DNA of 64,000 nt from Mytilus californianus (GCF_021869535.1 NW_026262581.1:112778001-112842000), one strand, 5' to 3'. Positions 49,541 through 63,336 are shown, numbered from the stretch's first letter. Numbers and translations: made by a program. The notes: generated by a model not told the origin, from the letters alone.

Positions 49541-52500
49541 ATGGGTATGGCAAAGTTTACTTATTTGTCAGAGGAAGTTTTAAAAGGCTTTGATAATTAT
49601 AAGGTAATCATCAAGACATTTTACATTTTCTCATGATTAAACAAAATGTTAGAAAACTGTGTTTGCATTTTTGGATCATAAACGCAAAAGATAACGGTAA
49701 AACGCAACAAAACATAATGCCATTAATGGATGTTAAATATAGACTCAAGAGGATGTTGGATGTTTGAAAAATTGTGGAGCAAAGATACAAACTATTAGTA
49801 TATACATATGAAACCAATCTCACTGCACACAACATGTGTTCTTTCTTAAGTTTGCTTGACGTCTCTTATTTTAGTAAAATGTGTCATTTGAAGATGCACA
49901 TTTTTGTTTGATAATTTTTATTGGTTTATACTAAGATTACTATAACATATTGTTAAAATAGTCTCAGGTTTATAAAGTTTTTGGATTTTTTTTATCAAAA
50001 ATGCAAAAGATAACGGTAAAACGCAACAAAACATAATGTCATAAATGGATGTTAAATATAGACTCAAGAGGATGTTGGATGTTTGAAAAATTGTGGAGCA
50101 AAGATACAAACTATTATTATACTTCACGTTAAAATGCCATATTTTGATTGGCTAATACCAGGGTGTTAATTTACTCTATTACCCTTCATGGAGACGCTTG
50201 ATCAAGTGTGCGCTTTATTAAATACAACTCTATCCTATGGCAAATACTCTATTACCCTTCACGGAGACGCTTGATCAAGTGTGCACTTTATTAAATATGA
50301 CTCTATCCTATGGCAAATACTCTATTACCCTTCACGGAGACACTTGATCAAGTGTTTGCTTTATTAAATACGGATGGTTCTTATGTACAAGACGTCATAG
50401 TTTATTACTTTGAATTTGAAATTTAATCGACAGTAATAAGTTATACAAATTGGGGTTTTTACCCACCATTTTTTTATGTACACATGTAATTGGGTGATAA
50501 AGTTTTTTAATTGCGTTATCAATTCCAATTCACCCCTCAAGCAAATATCAAATTGGGTTTTTCACCACCAAGCTCCTTAATGTATTGGGTTTTTTCATCA
50601 ACACAATATTGAATATTTAGGCATGTTATAATCACATTATATCAACCCCAGATGTGTTTCCATCTTAAATGTGTTTCTTTCTTAATATGTGCTAGCTGTT
50701 TTATTTGGTTTATATACTGAGCAATTGTACATTTAATTTGTGTCCCGTTTTAAACGTTCTGTCAGTTTTGTATTTTCTCAAAACTTATGTAAACTGCAGC
50801 TGGTGTCACTAGTTGGACAGGAACTAATTGCCTTTCTAGATCCCATATGATCACCCTACAGTTTAATTATAGTTGGGGTAGGTGTGGCTAAGTGTTTAGA
50901 TTTTTGTGTAATATATGTGAAATTTAGGTGCTGTAAGAAAGTTTTTGCCAGTCCTTTCACCTATTTGCCAGATCTACTTTTTAATAAAAATAAAAAGTAG
51001 TTTCCAAATTTAAGATATACCCCAAAACCTTGAGGTTTATAGGGTGGTTTATAATGACGGAGACCACATTCAACTTAAATTTACAAATAATTCTGCAACA
51101 TCAAGTAAATAAATGACAATGTTATACTGCACTTGCCAATAAGACAACTATCTTAAGCATCTAGAATAATTAGACCAAAACAAAGAAAGTGTCAAGCTGC
51201 ATTGACGTAAAAAACAGATATGTGTATTCACTCATCAACTAAAATGAAAAAAATAATATATAAACTGTTTTCGTTTAATTCAATTTACATAAATCTGGGT
51301 TAAGTTGTCCCTTATCAGAACTTTTGGTTTCCGATGCTTTCAAACTACATATCATGTCATAATTGATTTGGCCTTTCACTTTTTCCAAGTGATTTCGTTT
51401 TTGACGGAACCCCGTGTTTATCGCTCTAGCAATGTTCTCGTTATGGTACGCAAACACGCCCGTGCGTTCAATGGCCCCTTCCTAAAATCACTAGCTGAGT
51501 CTTGTTATCATCATAACTTTCCCTCAGCTATCAAAAAGAAGCCGAAAACATGCTTCTGTTCAATATTTTTACCGGACATTTACTTTTGTTTTTTAAAATT
51601 CATTGTATGTTATGATAAATCCCGAGCAATCTGAAAAAATATGACAGCATGTCACACGCTAATTGGATAAACGCAGAGAAGATCAAAATGTTTTCATAAA
51701 CATATGTACCTTTTGAGCAACGGAAAATTCCAACAGGGACCCATTACAGCTACTTGATGCAGGGCTCTATTTTTAGAACGAAAGGACATTTCCAATTATA
51801 AATATTATAAAAATAGATTTACGCGACGACTGTAATCAAGTAAGGGTAAATAACGCAAACGATAGCGAATAAAAGCGTTAAGAACCCATGTTTTTGGCAT
51901 ATAATTGGGTTTTCCTTTGAATTAATTGGGTTATTGAACCCTGCAATGGGCAATTGCATTGGGTTTTTAATTATTTTTATTGCGTGATCACGCAAATACG
52001 CAGCTTATCTGGAGCTCTGCACTGGTACTTGAGATAAAGAATATTTTGCAAATATTGCTTAACAAAGCCTGAACCTTTAGGAGCCAATCGACAGTATATC
52101 AAAATATATACATGTATTAAGCTATTTTTATATGACCGCAAAAAAATTTGCGGTCGTATATCATGTATATTGGTACGACGTTGGCGTCGTCGTCCGAAGA
52201 CACATAGGTTTTCGCACTCTAACTTTAGTTTAAGTGAATGGATCTCTATGAAATTTTACCATAAGGTTCAATACCACAAAAGGAAGGTTGGGATTGATTT
52301 TGGGGGTTATGGTACATTGTTTGTACCAACAGTTAAAAGGAATTAGTGGCCAAAAATAAGCATTTTTCTGGTTTCCAGACAATAACTTGTGTTCAAGTGT
52401 ATGGATCTCTCTGAAATTGTACTGTAAGGTATCATACCACAAAAGGAAGGCTGGGATTGATTTTGGGGGTAATTGCTTCAAAATTTTAGGAATCAGGGGG

Positions 52501-55500
52501 CAAAAAAAGGGGCAAAAAACAAGCATTTTTCTAGTTTCAGGACAATAACTTGTGTGTAAGTGTATGGATCTTTATGAAATTGTACTACAAGGTTCCATAT
52601 CACAAAGGGAAAGCTGGGTTTGAGTTTGGGGGTAATTGCCCTAAACGTTTAGGAATTTGGGGCCAAAAAACAAGCATTTTTCTAGTTTCCAGACAATAAC
52701 TTTTGTTCAAGTGTATGGATCTCTCTGAAATTGTACTGCAGGTACCATACCACAAAGGGAAGGCTGGGATTGAGTTTGGGGGTGATGAATAATAAGGGGG
52801 TTCAAAAAATTTGGGGGGGGGGGATTTTTTTTTCTTTAAAATTTTCCATTTTAAATTGGTTATTTCTGATTTATATATAAAAGCTAATAATAATGATATG
52901 GTTTGAATAGGTAAATTAAAATTTTTTAAGTTCTTAGACCACATTCATTCTGTGTCAGAAACATATGTTGTGTCAAATATTTAATCACAATCCAAATTCA
53001 GTGCTGTATCAAGCTTGAATGTTGTGTCCATACTTGCCCCAACTGTTCAGGGTTCGACCTCTGCGGTCGTATCAAGCTGCGCCCAGCGGAGCATTTTATT
53101 AAAGTATATAATTTTTAAGAGAAAGTAAAATATATTGAAATGTATTAAAATATATCAGTTTCAGCTGAAATATGAAGCCTTTTCATAAGATTAAAAAAAA
53201 TAGATAGCCTAATTCACTTTGTATATCTATATATAAAAGATTTGTTTATGAAGAAAAAGTACCCTTTTCATTTTTATAAGAAACATAAACTACATATGAA
53301 TTATCCAGTTGTATTCATTTCTAGATTTTATATCATATCAATATCTTTATTACTGTATACATATGGGTGTAGTAAATTTATTTTATTAATCCATAAGCAG
53401 GCCAATTTTCATTCATTGATACATGTATGGCTACAACTTAAAGAAAAACAAGATAATTTGCAAATCTGGGACAGTGGTCCTGAAATGCTAAAATGAGGTT
53501 GATCATAGATTTTCTTGTATATATATATATATACAATGTATCATGCATTAACATATATACATACTATAGTTAGAAGTTTAAAAAGAAAGTTCATGCATTC
53601 TAAAAAAAGTGTCTAAAATTTGAAAAACATAATCATTAAGTTATAATGTGTAACAGTCTCGTTTAAACAATGCTTTGGATGATATATCATCCTGTGATAC
53701 TCAACTCTGCAAATCATATTTCTTGCATGATTCTTGAGCAAACTCCAAATTTGTATGCATCCAAATTGGTTTTTTTTGGAATAAGGTTTAAAACTCTAAA
53801 TGATTGGGAAAATATTTTTGCATTTATAAGAAAATATTTTTGCATTTATCATTTTGTTTATAAGAGACACCTTTTCCCTCTGCCACTAACAAATGAAAAG
53901 AAGCATCTTGATGTTCAGAGAGATCTGAGGTACATTGTTGAGTGTTGCACAGACTTATCCACTGGACACTGCAGATATAACCAAACAATTATCTGTCTTT
54001 GTGGTGTTGTATAACTTGTGTTCTTTAAATTTGGCTACATCAAATATTGATTCCTTTTAATGGAGTGCTTTAGTGACATAATCATATACATATAATTCAG
54101 ACATCAAAATCCCATGAGAAGTTAAAAATAGAGCACTTCCAGTGACAAATATGACTGTTATTTTATCAGTAATATGTCATTATAATGTCACCTATGGGCA
54201 TGCTAACATCTTCATTGACCATGACAAGTTTTAAAAAGAGAATTCCTGCACCTTCCATCATAAATAACATTCTGAAAGCATTTTTTTTAAAATTCTTTAA
54301 ACAACATGAAAATGAAAGTAAAAATAAAAACACAATCACACATGTCACATTGAAGTGTTCTAAAAAGGTCTTGCATTAATTATTTTAATTGCAAAGATAT
54401 AAATTTAATGTTTGAAATATTTGACACATAATGAGGAATGCTGAAAACATTTTTCTAGTTTCCAGACAAGAACTTGTGTTCAAGTGTATGGATCTCTCTG
54501 AAATTGTACTGCAAGGTACCATACCACAAAGGGAAGGCTGGGATTGAGTTTGGGGGTGATGAATCATTTTTTTTTCTTTAAAATTTTTCATTTTGAATTA
54601 ATTATTTCTGATTTATATATAAATAATAAACATGATAAAGATATGGTTTGAATAGGTAAATTAAAATTTTTTTTAAGTTCTTAGACCACATTCATTCTGT
54701 GTCAGAAACCTATGCTGTGTCAAATATTTAATCACAATCCAAATTCAGTGCTGTATCAAGCTTGAATGTTGTGTCCATACTTGCCCCAACTGTACAGGGT
54801 TCGACCTCTGCGGTCGTATCAAGCTGCGCCCAGCGGAGTATTTTATTAGTTTCTGTTCTCTACTTAAGTTAGCCTCAACCAAATGTTATGAGACTTACAC
54901 GCAATGCTTATTACCACAAAACTCAGATCAAGTTCAAATTTGGGTAGCGTCACTTTTACCGTTCTTTAGTTATGTCCCTTTATAACTACTGTAAATCAAC
55001 TTATTTTCGCGGTTACTTTATTTCGTATTTAGCCCATTCTATCCCTATTCCCGGCGATTTAATTTCGCAATTTTCAAATTCACTTGATGTAGTTATACAA
55101 TGAAAGGTCCCAGTTTTAAATTTTCGCGACGATTTAAATTCTACACGCAAAAATAAATCGCTCGCGAAAATTAGTTGGTTTACAGTATATGATATGCAAG
55201 CGGGCATTATCTGTGTCCACATGTGGACACTATCCACATGTGGACACTATCCACATTTTTTTATTATACATTAAGTCTAGTAAATATATCTTAACTTTAC
55301 TGGTAAGAAATTAAAAGCCTCTTACTGGTTTTGACTGTCTGAAATGTTTCCTTATAACTTTTTTTTTGGTCTAAAGCCCAGTTGTCACTATCAAAGTTAA
55401 ATTGGTCAAAGAAAAATTTGACCAGGTAAACTTGGTCCAAGTCATCATGATGTCAATTGTCACAAAATAAGTTTTTCATCAAAAACTTGGTCAAACAAAA

Positions 55501-58500
55501 AACTGCATTGTGAATGGATAAATCCAGTCCAAGTCCATCCAAATTTCAAGAAAAATAGGATGAGATTCTATTCCATCCAAGTGTTTGATCAAGTTTCTTT
55601 TTTGACATTGTGGCATATTATCACTATAAAAAAATCCATCAAATATTTTGACCAAGAAAACTTGTACAAGAAAACTTTGATAGTGACAATGGCCTTAAAA
55701 CCAAATTAGTTTGGGCATTAATCATTGTCATGATTGTTAATTGTTGTAACAAATATTTATTAACAAGTCAAAATATAACACTTCCTTGTAATGTTTCTTT
55801 TTTATTTTAGTACAGTTCAGTTGATACTAGTCCCATCAGTAAATATGTTACACATCCTTTCTGGAACTGGGTAGTTGAGGTAAGTAAAGTTTATATTTTT
55901 TATATCCTTTGATCAGGAAAGCTTAAATGCCAGTTTTGGTAAATATACCCAAATTCATTGATTATTGTAGCTATAGGTAGCTTAACTGGAATTACTTGGA
56001 TAAAGTTCAGAGTTAGAAGATGATTATGAAATTCTTCAAAATTCTTCAAAATACATGAAAATAAAAGTTTACAAAAAAAAAGACACATTGAAAATTGAGA
56101 AAATACTGCTGGGTGACTTTTTGGGTCACATCAAATAAGCTGTACTGTGCAATATGGGAAGTTTTGCAATTAAAGGCTCCATACACACAAATTTTCTGTT
56201 TTTTTTTCTTTTGTAAAATCACGGCTAAACAGATTTGTATGAGGATTTGGTTAAATGTAAGATTTTTATGCAGCAAAAGAAAAGACTAGAAAACTGAAAT
56301 CCAAATAGGACTAAATTTAAAAATAATAATGAGTATTTTATTGCATCATCATATTGACAATGTAATCACAAAATGTATTGCAACATAGTCTAATTGTGCA
56401 AAAGTCATGCCAGAGAAGGTTTGACTCCTGGCACAGTAGCTTCAACATGCTGCTTGCAGGTACAATACATGTGTCAAGCCTGACTGAAGAAAAGCTGAGA
56501 TATACACAGATGTTTTACATAATCCCAATGCCACTAAGTATATATAAGCTGGCAGGGTATAAAGTGTAATCCATGTCCTTTCATCGTTCTGTCGATCTGT
56601 TGTCCAGACTTTTTTACTTCCTGCAGATCTGAGTTTGGTTCTTTAGTGTATAATAATGACTTGCATGTCAAGTATGTTTTTTGTTCAGGTTTTGTCTACT
56701 TTTGACAGAATTATGGCCCTTCAACTTAGAAAATTTCATGAAAACTGTACTTGTCTGAACATTTTATTTTATAATGCCTGTAGATCTTGATCTCATTTTT
56801 GTCGAGCCTGCGACTTTTGTCGCAGAAAGCTCGACATAGGGATAGTGATCCGGCGGCGGCGGCGTTAGCTAACTTCTTAAAAGCTTTATATTTTAGAAGC
56901 TAGAAGACCTGGATGCTTCATACTTTGTATATAGATGCCTTATGTTACGAAGTTTCCGTCTGTTATATGTCCATTGTCCTTGACCTCATTTTCATGGTTC
57001 AGTGACTACTTGAAAAAAAAGTCAACATTTTTTGTAATATTTCTTTCTTATTATGAGTAATAGGATAACTATATTTAGTATGTGCGTACCTTGCAAGGTC
57101 CTCATGCCCGTCAGACAATTTTCATTTGACCTCGACCTCATTTCATGGATCAGTGAACAAGGTTAAGTTTTCGTGGTCAAGTCCATATATCAGATACTAT
57201 AAGCAGTAGGTCTACTATATTTGGTATATGGAATGATTGTAAGGTGTACATGTCCAACTGGTAGGTGTCATCTGACCTTGACCTCATTTTCATGGTTCAG
57301 TGGTCAAAGTTAAGTTTTTGAGTTTTTGTCTTTTTTTCTAATACTATATGCAATAGGTCAACTATAAATGCTGTATGAAAATATTTTATGATGTACATGT
57401 CAGTCTCACAGGTTTTATTTGACCTTGATCTCATTTTCACGGTTCATTTCTCAGTGTTAAGTTTTTGTGTTTTGGTCTGTTTTTCTTCAACTATAAGCAA
57501 TAGATCAACTATATTTGATGTATGGAAGGATTTTAAGGTGTATATGTCTGTCTGGCAGGTATCATCTGACCTTGAACTCATTTTCATGGTTCATTGGTCA
57601 ATGTTAAGTTTTCATGGTTAAGTTTGTTTCTTAGATACTATAAGCAATAGGTCAACTATATTTAATGCCTAAATTGATTGTAAGGTGTACATGTTTGTCT
57701 GGCATGGTTCATCTGACCTTGACCTCATTTTCATGGTTCATTGGTCAATGTTAGTTTTCTTGTTTAAGACTGTTTCTTAGAAACAATAAGCCATAGTTCA
57801 ACTATGTTTGGTTTATTGAATGATTGTAAGGTGTACATGTATTTCTCGTTTGGTTTATCTGACCTTGACCTCATTTTCTTGGATCATGTTAAGTTTATGT
57901 GTTACTTGTAGTAAAGCTTTGTATTTAGGACTATCAACATAAAATCAATGGTTAGTAAAGAAGGCGAGACATTTCAGCGTGTGCACTCTTGTTTACATAA
58001 GTGTATATGATAAATACAGATCTAGTTTACATTTGGTTCAGGTTGAGTACAATGATGACTGCAGATCTAGTTTGCATTTGGTTCAGGTCGAGTACAATGA
58101 TGACTGGCAGATCTAGTTTGCATTTGGTTCAGGTCGAGTACAATGATGATTGGCAGATCTAGTTTGCATCTCGTTCAGGTCGAGTACAATGATGACTGCA
58201 GATCTAGTTTGCATTTGGTTCAGGTCGACTCAAGTACAATGATGATTTCAGGTCTAGTTTACATTTGGTTCAGGGCGAGTAAAATGATGATTGCAGATTG
58301 AGATACATGTAGTTGTCATTATAGCACTCACCTTGAATGTTGGAGCATCACTGAAGCAAGACTGCAAAGAACAGGTATGCATTTGTTACTAGTATATATG
58401 TTTACAGGTAAACAAGATTTTAAATCAAATTAGTTTCACAAACAACCAAAAATATTTAAATTATTAATGTTTTCTTTCAGTTTTATCCAAGATGGATAGC

Positions 58501-61500
58501 ACCAAATCTGCTGACACTGACAGGTTTCCTACAACTTGTGGCTAACTTTTTCTTATTAACATATTATGACTGCAGTTTTTATGCTGCTAGTAAAGACCAT
58601 CCTGAGAGTCCTCCTGTTCCAAACTGGGTGTGGTTAGTGTGTGGATTGAATATGTTTATTTCACATACATTAGGTAATACTTTATACTTAAGGAAAATAT
58701 TGTTTTGTTCATATAATCTATTTTTATACACCGCAAAAAATTTGTGTTCGTATAATGCTATCATGTCGGCTGCGAAGGCACATTTGGTTTCCGAACAATG
58801 ACTTTAGTTTAAGTGAATGGATCTCTATGAAATTTTACCAGAAGGTTCAATATCACAAAGAGAAGGCTAGGATTGAGTTTGGGGGTAATTGCCCCAAACA
58901 TTCAGGAATTAGGGGCAAAAAAGGGGCCAAAAACAAGCATTTTTCTAGTTTCCAGACAATAACTGGTGTTAAATTTTATGGAACTCTCTGAAATTGTACA
59001 TTTTTCCTGAAAAGAAAATAATCTTCAAAATTTCAAAAAATTGGGGGGGGGGGGGGGGGGGATTTTTTTTTCAAATATTTTTTGGGGCTTCATATGTTTT
59101 TCTTGAAAAATTTTGAAATTTCAAATTTTTTTCCATTTTTAGTGGGGGGATATTTTGGGGGGGGGGGGGGATTTTTTTTTTCATAATTTTTTGGTTTTTT
59201 TTTTACATTGATTATTTCTGATTTATATATAAAAGCAACAAATACTGATATGGCAGGAGATACACACCAAACAGGGTGTGAAAACTATTATATACAGTCC
59301 GCCAAAAGTTAAGCACCACCTATCTTTGTTGCATCGAAATTTTTTTCATTTAAAAAAAACCAGTTAACCCTCGAAAAAGAGAAAATATTCATGTAGCAAT
59401 TTTGCTAACATATGCCATAAACATACCATCAACTTAAGTTTGGTCACTGATACAGATTTTATGCATTTGAATTTTGCGTTCATAGAAATAGTGAAAATTA
59501 CACAAACCAGAAACAGAATTTAAGTTTTACTTTGATTTTATTTTTTTACAACAATTAATCACCCAAATTCATTAAAAGTCTCTACAAATAATCTTTGGTA
59601 TGTTCGGCAAATTTAATTTCAATATTTAAGTCAATAGGATGTGTAACCACCTCTCTTCCGGTACAGTTCCATAACACGGCGTCTCATACTCTGTACAAGC
59701 CTGCTGAACTTCAGTTGAGCAAATTTATTCCTTTCATCAACAATTGTCCCTCTTAAATCGCCAAGATTTTGCAAAGGTGGATCTCTGCAATTGAGATTTC
59801 TGCCAATGGCATCCCAGACATGTTCGATATGGTTCAGGTCTGGAGACATGGAAGGCCAAAAGATAGTGTCAATGGCTTCTTGATCTTTGTAATCGGTTAC
59901 AATCCTTGCCTTGTGTGATCTAGCGTTGTCGTCCATGTACGAGAATCTTGACGCAAGTTGGGGATTCTCAAAATGAGGGACTACAATGTTTCTAAGCACC
60001 AAATCCCTGTATGTCTGTCTGTTCATGTTACCCTGCAAAATATGCATACCCAGCTTACAACAGTATGAAAAGAAACCCCATACTGTAACACCACCACCAA
60101 CGATTGCTGTCGTTGGGCAATTGTTGTTTTGGTGATAGGCAGTTTTATTTCCCCGCCAAACTCCTATTTTGCCGTCTATTGGTCGCACCAGAAACCAACT
60201 CTCATCTGACCAATGAATATTTTGCCAGGTTCTCATGTTCCATCGTCGATGGTCATTTGCACTTTGAAACCTGAATATACGGTGCCTGTCTTTTAGGGCA
60301 AGTCTTTTGACAACACGACGTGCTCTTATGTAGCCTCTATGAAGTCGACGGACCAATGTTCAAACACTAACACGACCACCTGGAGGTCAGTGGTGTCTAA
60401 GCTATGGGGCAGGAGTAAATGGGTTGGCTTTAGCACGACCAATAAGTAGTCTGTCATCACAATAGGTAGTTAAACAGGGTCTTCCGGACCTTGGTCTATC
60501 ATTTACAGTTCCTGTGTCAATATGACGTTGTAAAAATCTGACAATGACGGTGCGATTAACATTGAAATGGTTACCAATGCTCCTAGTGCTCCTACCGGCA
60601 TTTGACATGTCAATTGCTTGTCAACGTCCAGTCACAGATAACTTACCGCTTGCCATATTTCACAGTGACTTGGTGAAAGTCAAATTTAACCTGTACGCGG
60701 GACAGAAGGAAGATGATTTAAAGGCATCAAAACAGTGTATTTGTAAAAGTGCAGATGACCTTTAATAAAAGGTTGCTTGGCGGGTATATCGGAGTTTAAT
60801 TTTTTTGGTCGTAATGAATTTTCTTAGTGAATGCTATAGGCAATTCATAACACCAAACATAAATATTTTTTTCGCAATAGTTAAAAAAATATTGACAGTT
60901 ATATTTAGGTGGTGCTTAACTTTTGGCAGACTGTATATATAACAGATTAACTAAGTACTGTGCAACAGGACAGTATTGCGCAATAGCAAGAAATCTTCAA
61001 TTGAAAATAAATACAAATCTTTTAACCAACTTCAATGGGATTAAATAAAGTCTTTAATTTTGGGGGTTCTAACCTTGTATTACTATTTTGAATATATATT
61101 GGGCCCCATTTTTAAATTGGTCTACATTGAGGTCCAAAGGGTTCAAAATTAAACTTTGTTTGATTTCATCAAAAACTGAGTTATTGCGGCTCTATGATAT
61201 GCTGAACATTTAGATTTTTTATTTTGAGCCCTGTTTTCAAATTAGTCCGTATTAAGGTTTGAAGGGTCCAAAATTAAACTTTGTTTGATTCCAACTAAAA
61301 TTAAATTTTTGATGTTTTTTTATATGCTGAATCTAACCATGTTGTTAGATTTTGGATATCAGACCATACTAGGTAAATTAAATGTCCCATTTCAAATTTT
61401 TAAGATCTTTGTGTCAGAAACCTTAATTATGTCAAAAATTTGATCACAATCCAAATTCAGACAGTATCAAGCTTGAATATTGTGTCCAAACTTGCCCCAA

Positions 61501-63336
61501 CTGCTCAGGGTTCAACCTCTGCGGCCCTATCAGGCTGCGCTTGGGCGAAGCAATTTATTTGTACATGAAATTGTATAAGTTGTTGACATCTGTATCTGTA
61601 GAAAGCATTACAGTATTTCTTCTTGTAATTATATGTTAATGTCTCCTCCCTGAAAAGTCACTGAATGACAGAAACAAAATCTGACATGTTGAACTAAGAT
61701 TGCCGCATTTGGCCAGGTTGCACATAGTGTTAAGACAACAAAAGTGCTATGAAGTATTTTTCTTTCTCCAAAAAAAGATTATAAATTATAGTATAGAAAA
61801 AAATATATATTTTTTTACAGATGGGACAGATGGAAAGCAAGCCAGAAGAACCAAAACAAGTAGCCCATTGGGTGAACTTTTTGACCATGGTTTAGATAGC
61901 TGGGTAACATTATTTATGCCAGTGGCGATGTACTCTGTGTATGGTCGTGGAGAGAGTGGTGTCAATGTATTCAGAGTGTTCTTAATAACTGTTGGAGTAC
62001 AGTTTTGTTTCATGCTATCACATTGGGAGAAATACATTACAAATGTTTTGTTCCTGCCTTGGGGTTACGATTTAAGTCAGCTTGTGAGTATATACCTAAG
62101 TAAAGTTCTGTATTGTTTAAAGAATTTTGATTAGGTTGATAAAATTATGTAACCATTAGCCAGTTTAAGAAGGATAAGGTGAATTGGAAGCCCATGTGTT
62201 TTTGTACCCCTTCCTAACTGTTGAAGTTGGGGGCTTTATTGCAATCACCTTGTAGGTCCGTTCGTCCAATGAATATTTTGGTCACATTTTTCTGAGAAAC
62301 TACTGAACAGAATGACTTCATATTTGGTAAGCAGCTTGACAGTGATGAATTGTAAAATGGGAGTAGTTATTGGATCTGCCAGCTACCTTCTTCCTGTTCG
62401 CCAATACTATGAATTTTATAATATTGGTGTGCTTAGCAGAACAAGGCATGTATTCATGTTTGAGCAAGAATAACTTTTAAAAAATGGGGGAAAAGTATTT
62501 ATAATTAAACTGGTAAAGAAATTTTGGTGAATAATTGTAATAGGATAAATGTTTATGATTTTTGTATGTATTTCTGAATGACATTCATGTCTTTATATAA
62601 TTATAGGTTTTTATTCTATTTAAAGGTATACTTGATATGCTAAGGTATCAGTTTATGTTGCATTCCATTATGCTGTTTTTTTAATTGACAATTGATATTT
62701 AGAAGTGGTTTCAGTTTCTTAATCTTAATATATTATTGATAATAGAATTATTGATGTTTTTTTTCAGGGTTTGACATTCATATATCTGTTAACTTCCATG
62801 GGTGGACATGATATGTGGAAATTTAAAGTACCTATAGTTGATATGTTTATGTCAGAAGTATTTGAAATTATATGTTATGGTATGTACTGATTGGTTCATA
62901 ATTTATGTAGTTATATAACAAGTCATAACAGGTAGGAATTTGGGAATATAATATAGTCTAGTGATCATGTAGTCAAGTAATTTTAATTTAGTTTTTTAAG
63001 GATATAAATATATTTTAGAATATTTAGAATTATTTCTTACGCAAAAACGGGAATTGTAATTTTACTTTGTTGTTTTGTTTAAACTTTTTTTCGCAGAGTG
63101 AAAGTCACTTCATTTTTGTTGATTTTAATTTTGAAAACTTCTGTTAGAAAACACAAGCTTTGAGATAGAAATTCTGAATACTAATTTTTAACCTTATTTA
63201 AATTTTGTGATTATTTCAATAAGACAGCAACCCAACAACACAATAAATTAGAAAATGTTGTTTAATTTGTTATATTGTTTATTTCAGTTGGATTTTTTGG
63301 ATTAACCATGCCATTTACTCTGTGGAATATTTATGA
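49541..63336 (+). CDS. SELENOI: Ethanolaminephosphotransferase 1 (SELENOI/EPT1), first 6 coding exons; 3' part lies beyond the window
   Basis: Exons 49541-49603, 55811-55879, 58481-58673, 61821-62083, 62768-62879 and 63288-63336 (GT-AG, phases consistent). CDP-alcohol phosphotransferase motif [26 protein letters not shown], plus EPT1-type SHWEKY and LPWGYD. Confidence 0.9.
49680..50120. repeat. ~120-bp direct repeat pair about 318 bp apart
   Basis: GCAAAAGATAACGGTAAAACGCAACAAAACATAATG...GATACAAACTATTA at ~49685 and ~50003. Confidence 0.9.
50172..50372. repeat. 73-bp tandem repeat, about 2.7 copies
   Basis: TACTCTATTACCCTTCA at 50172, 50245 and 50318. Confidence 0.9.
52129..53100 (+). mobile_element. 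Family B HINE-like copy with ~157-bp internal tandem units
   Basis: Both termini are present. TGGATCT.T..GAAATT units occur at ~52240, 52400, 52560 and 52715. Confidence 0.88.
54440..54847 (+). mobile_element. 5'-truncated family B copy
   Basis: Matches 52680-53100, including the 3' subTIR and hairpin. Confidence 0.85.
54989..55185. mobile_element. 197-bp MITE with TA TSD (Tc1/mariner-type ends)
   Basis: TA-CTGTAAATCAACTTATTTTCGCG ... CGCGAAAATTAGTTGGTTTACAG-TA. Confidence 0.8.
55372..55697. mobile_element. ~320-bp MITE, PIF/Harbinger-like
   Basis: Perfect inverted core TTGTCACTATCAAAGTT / AACTTTGATAGTGACAA, with TAA on the left and GGCC-TTA on the right. Confidence 0.65.
56800..57993 (+). 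mobile_element. HINE-like family C with ~147-bp tandem array (7 units)
   Basis: 5' palindrome GTCGAGCCTGCGAC-TTTT-GTCGCAGAAAGCTCGAC, (GGC)n, TGACCTTGACCTCATTT-type units every ~147 bp and a 3' AGGCGAGACA..GTGTGCACTCTTGTT. Confidence 0.85.
58017..58298. repeat. 45-46-bp minisatellite, 6 units
   Basis: CAG(A/G)TCTAG at 58017, 58062, 58108, 58154, 58199 and 58249. Confidence 0.93.
58725..61559 (+). mobile_element. Family B copy split by a Tc1 insertion
   Basis: 5' TATACACCGCAAAAAATTTGTG at 58725. Eroded ~130-bp units lie at 61050-61350 and the 3' hairpin at ~61520-61559. Confidence 0.8.
59295..60933 (-). mobile_element. Full-length Tc1-family transposon (DD34E) with disrupted transposase
   Basis: 28-bp TIRs CAGTCC/TGCCAAAAGTTAAGCACCACCTA (27/28 identical) and TA TSDs at 59293-94 and 60934-35. 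WSDES, MDDN-34 aa-E (SPDLNHIE) and HTH region DRPRSGRP are present, with stops 5' of 60356. Confidence 0.95.

Noticed and set aside
53048-53062. GGTTCGA as a tRNA T-loop or B box
   Set aside because: It is part of the family B 3' end, with no cloverleaf. No tRNA or rRNA genes were found in the window.
58017-58298. CRISPR-like array or C/D snoRNA cluster (ATGATGA in each unit)
   Set aside because: No unique spacers, eukaryotic context, and no D box or terminal stems.
59040-59170. Long G-runs as a functional G-quadruplex
   Set aside because: They are slippage expansions of a G-run present in other family B copies, and homopolymer length is unreliable.
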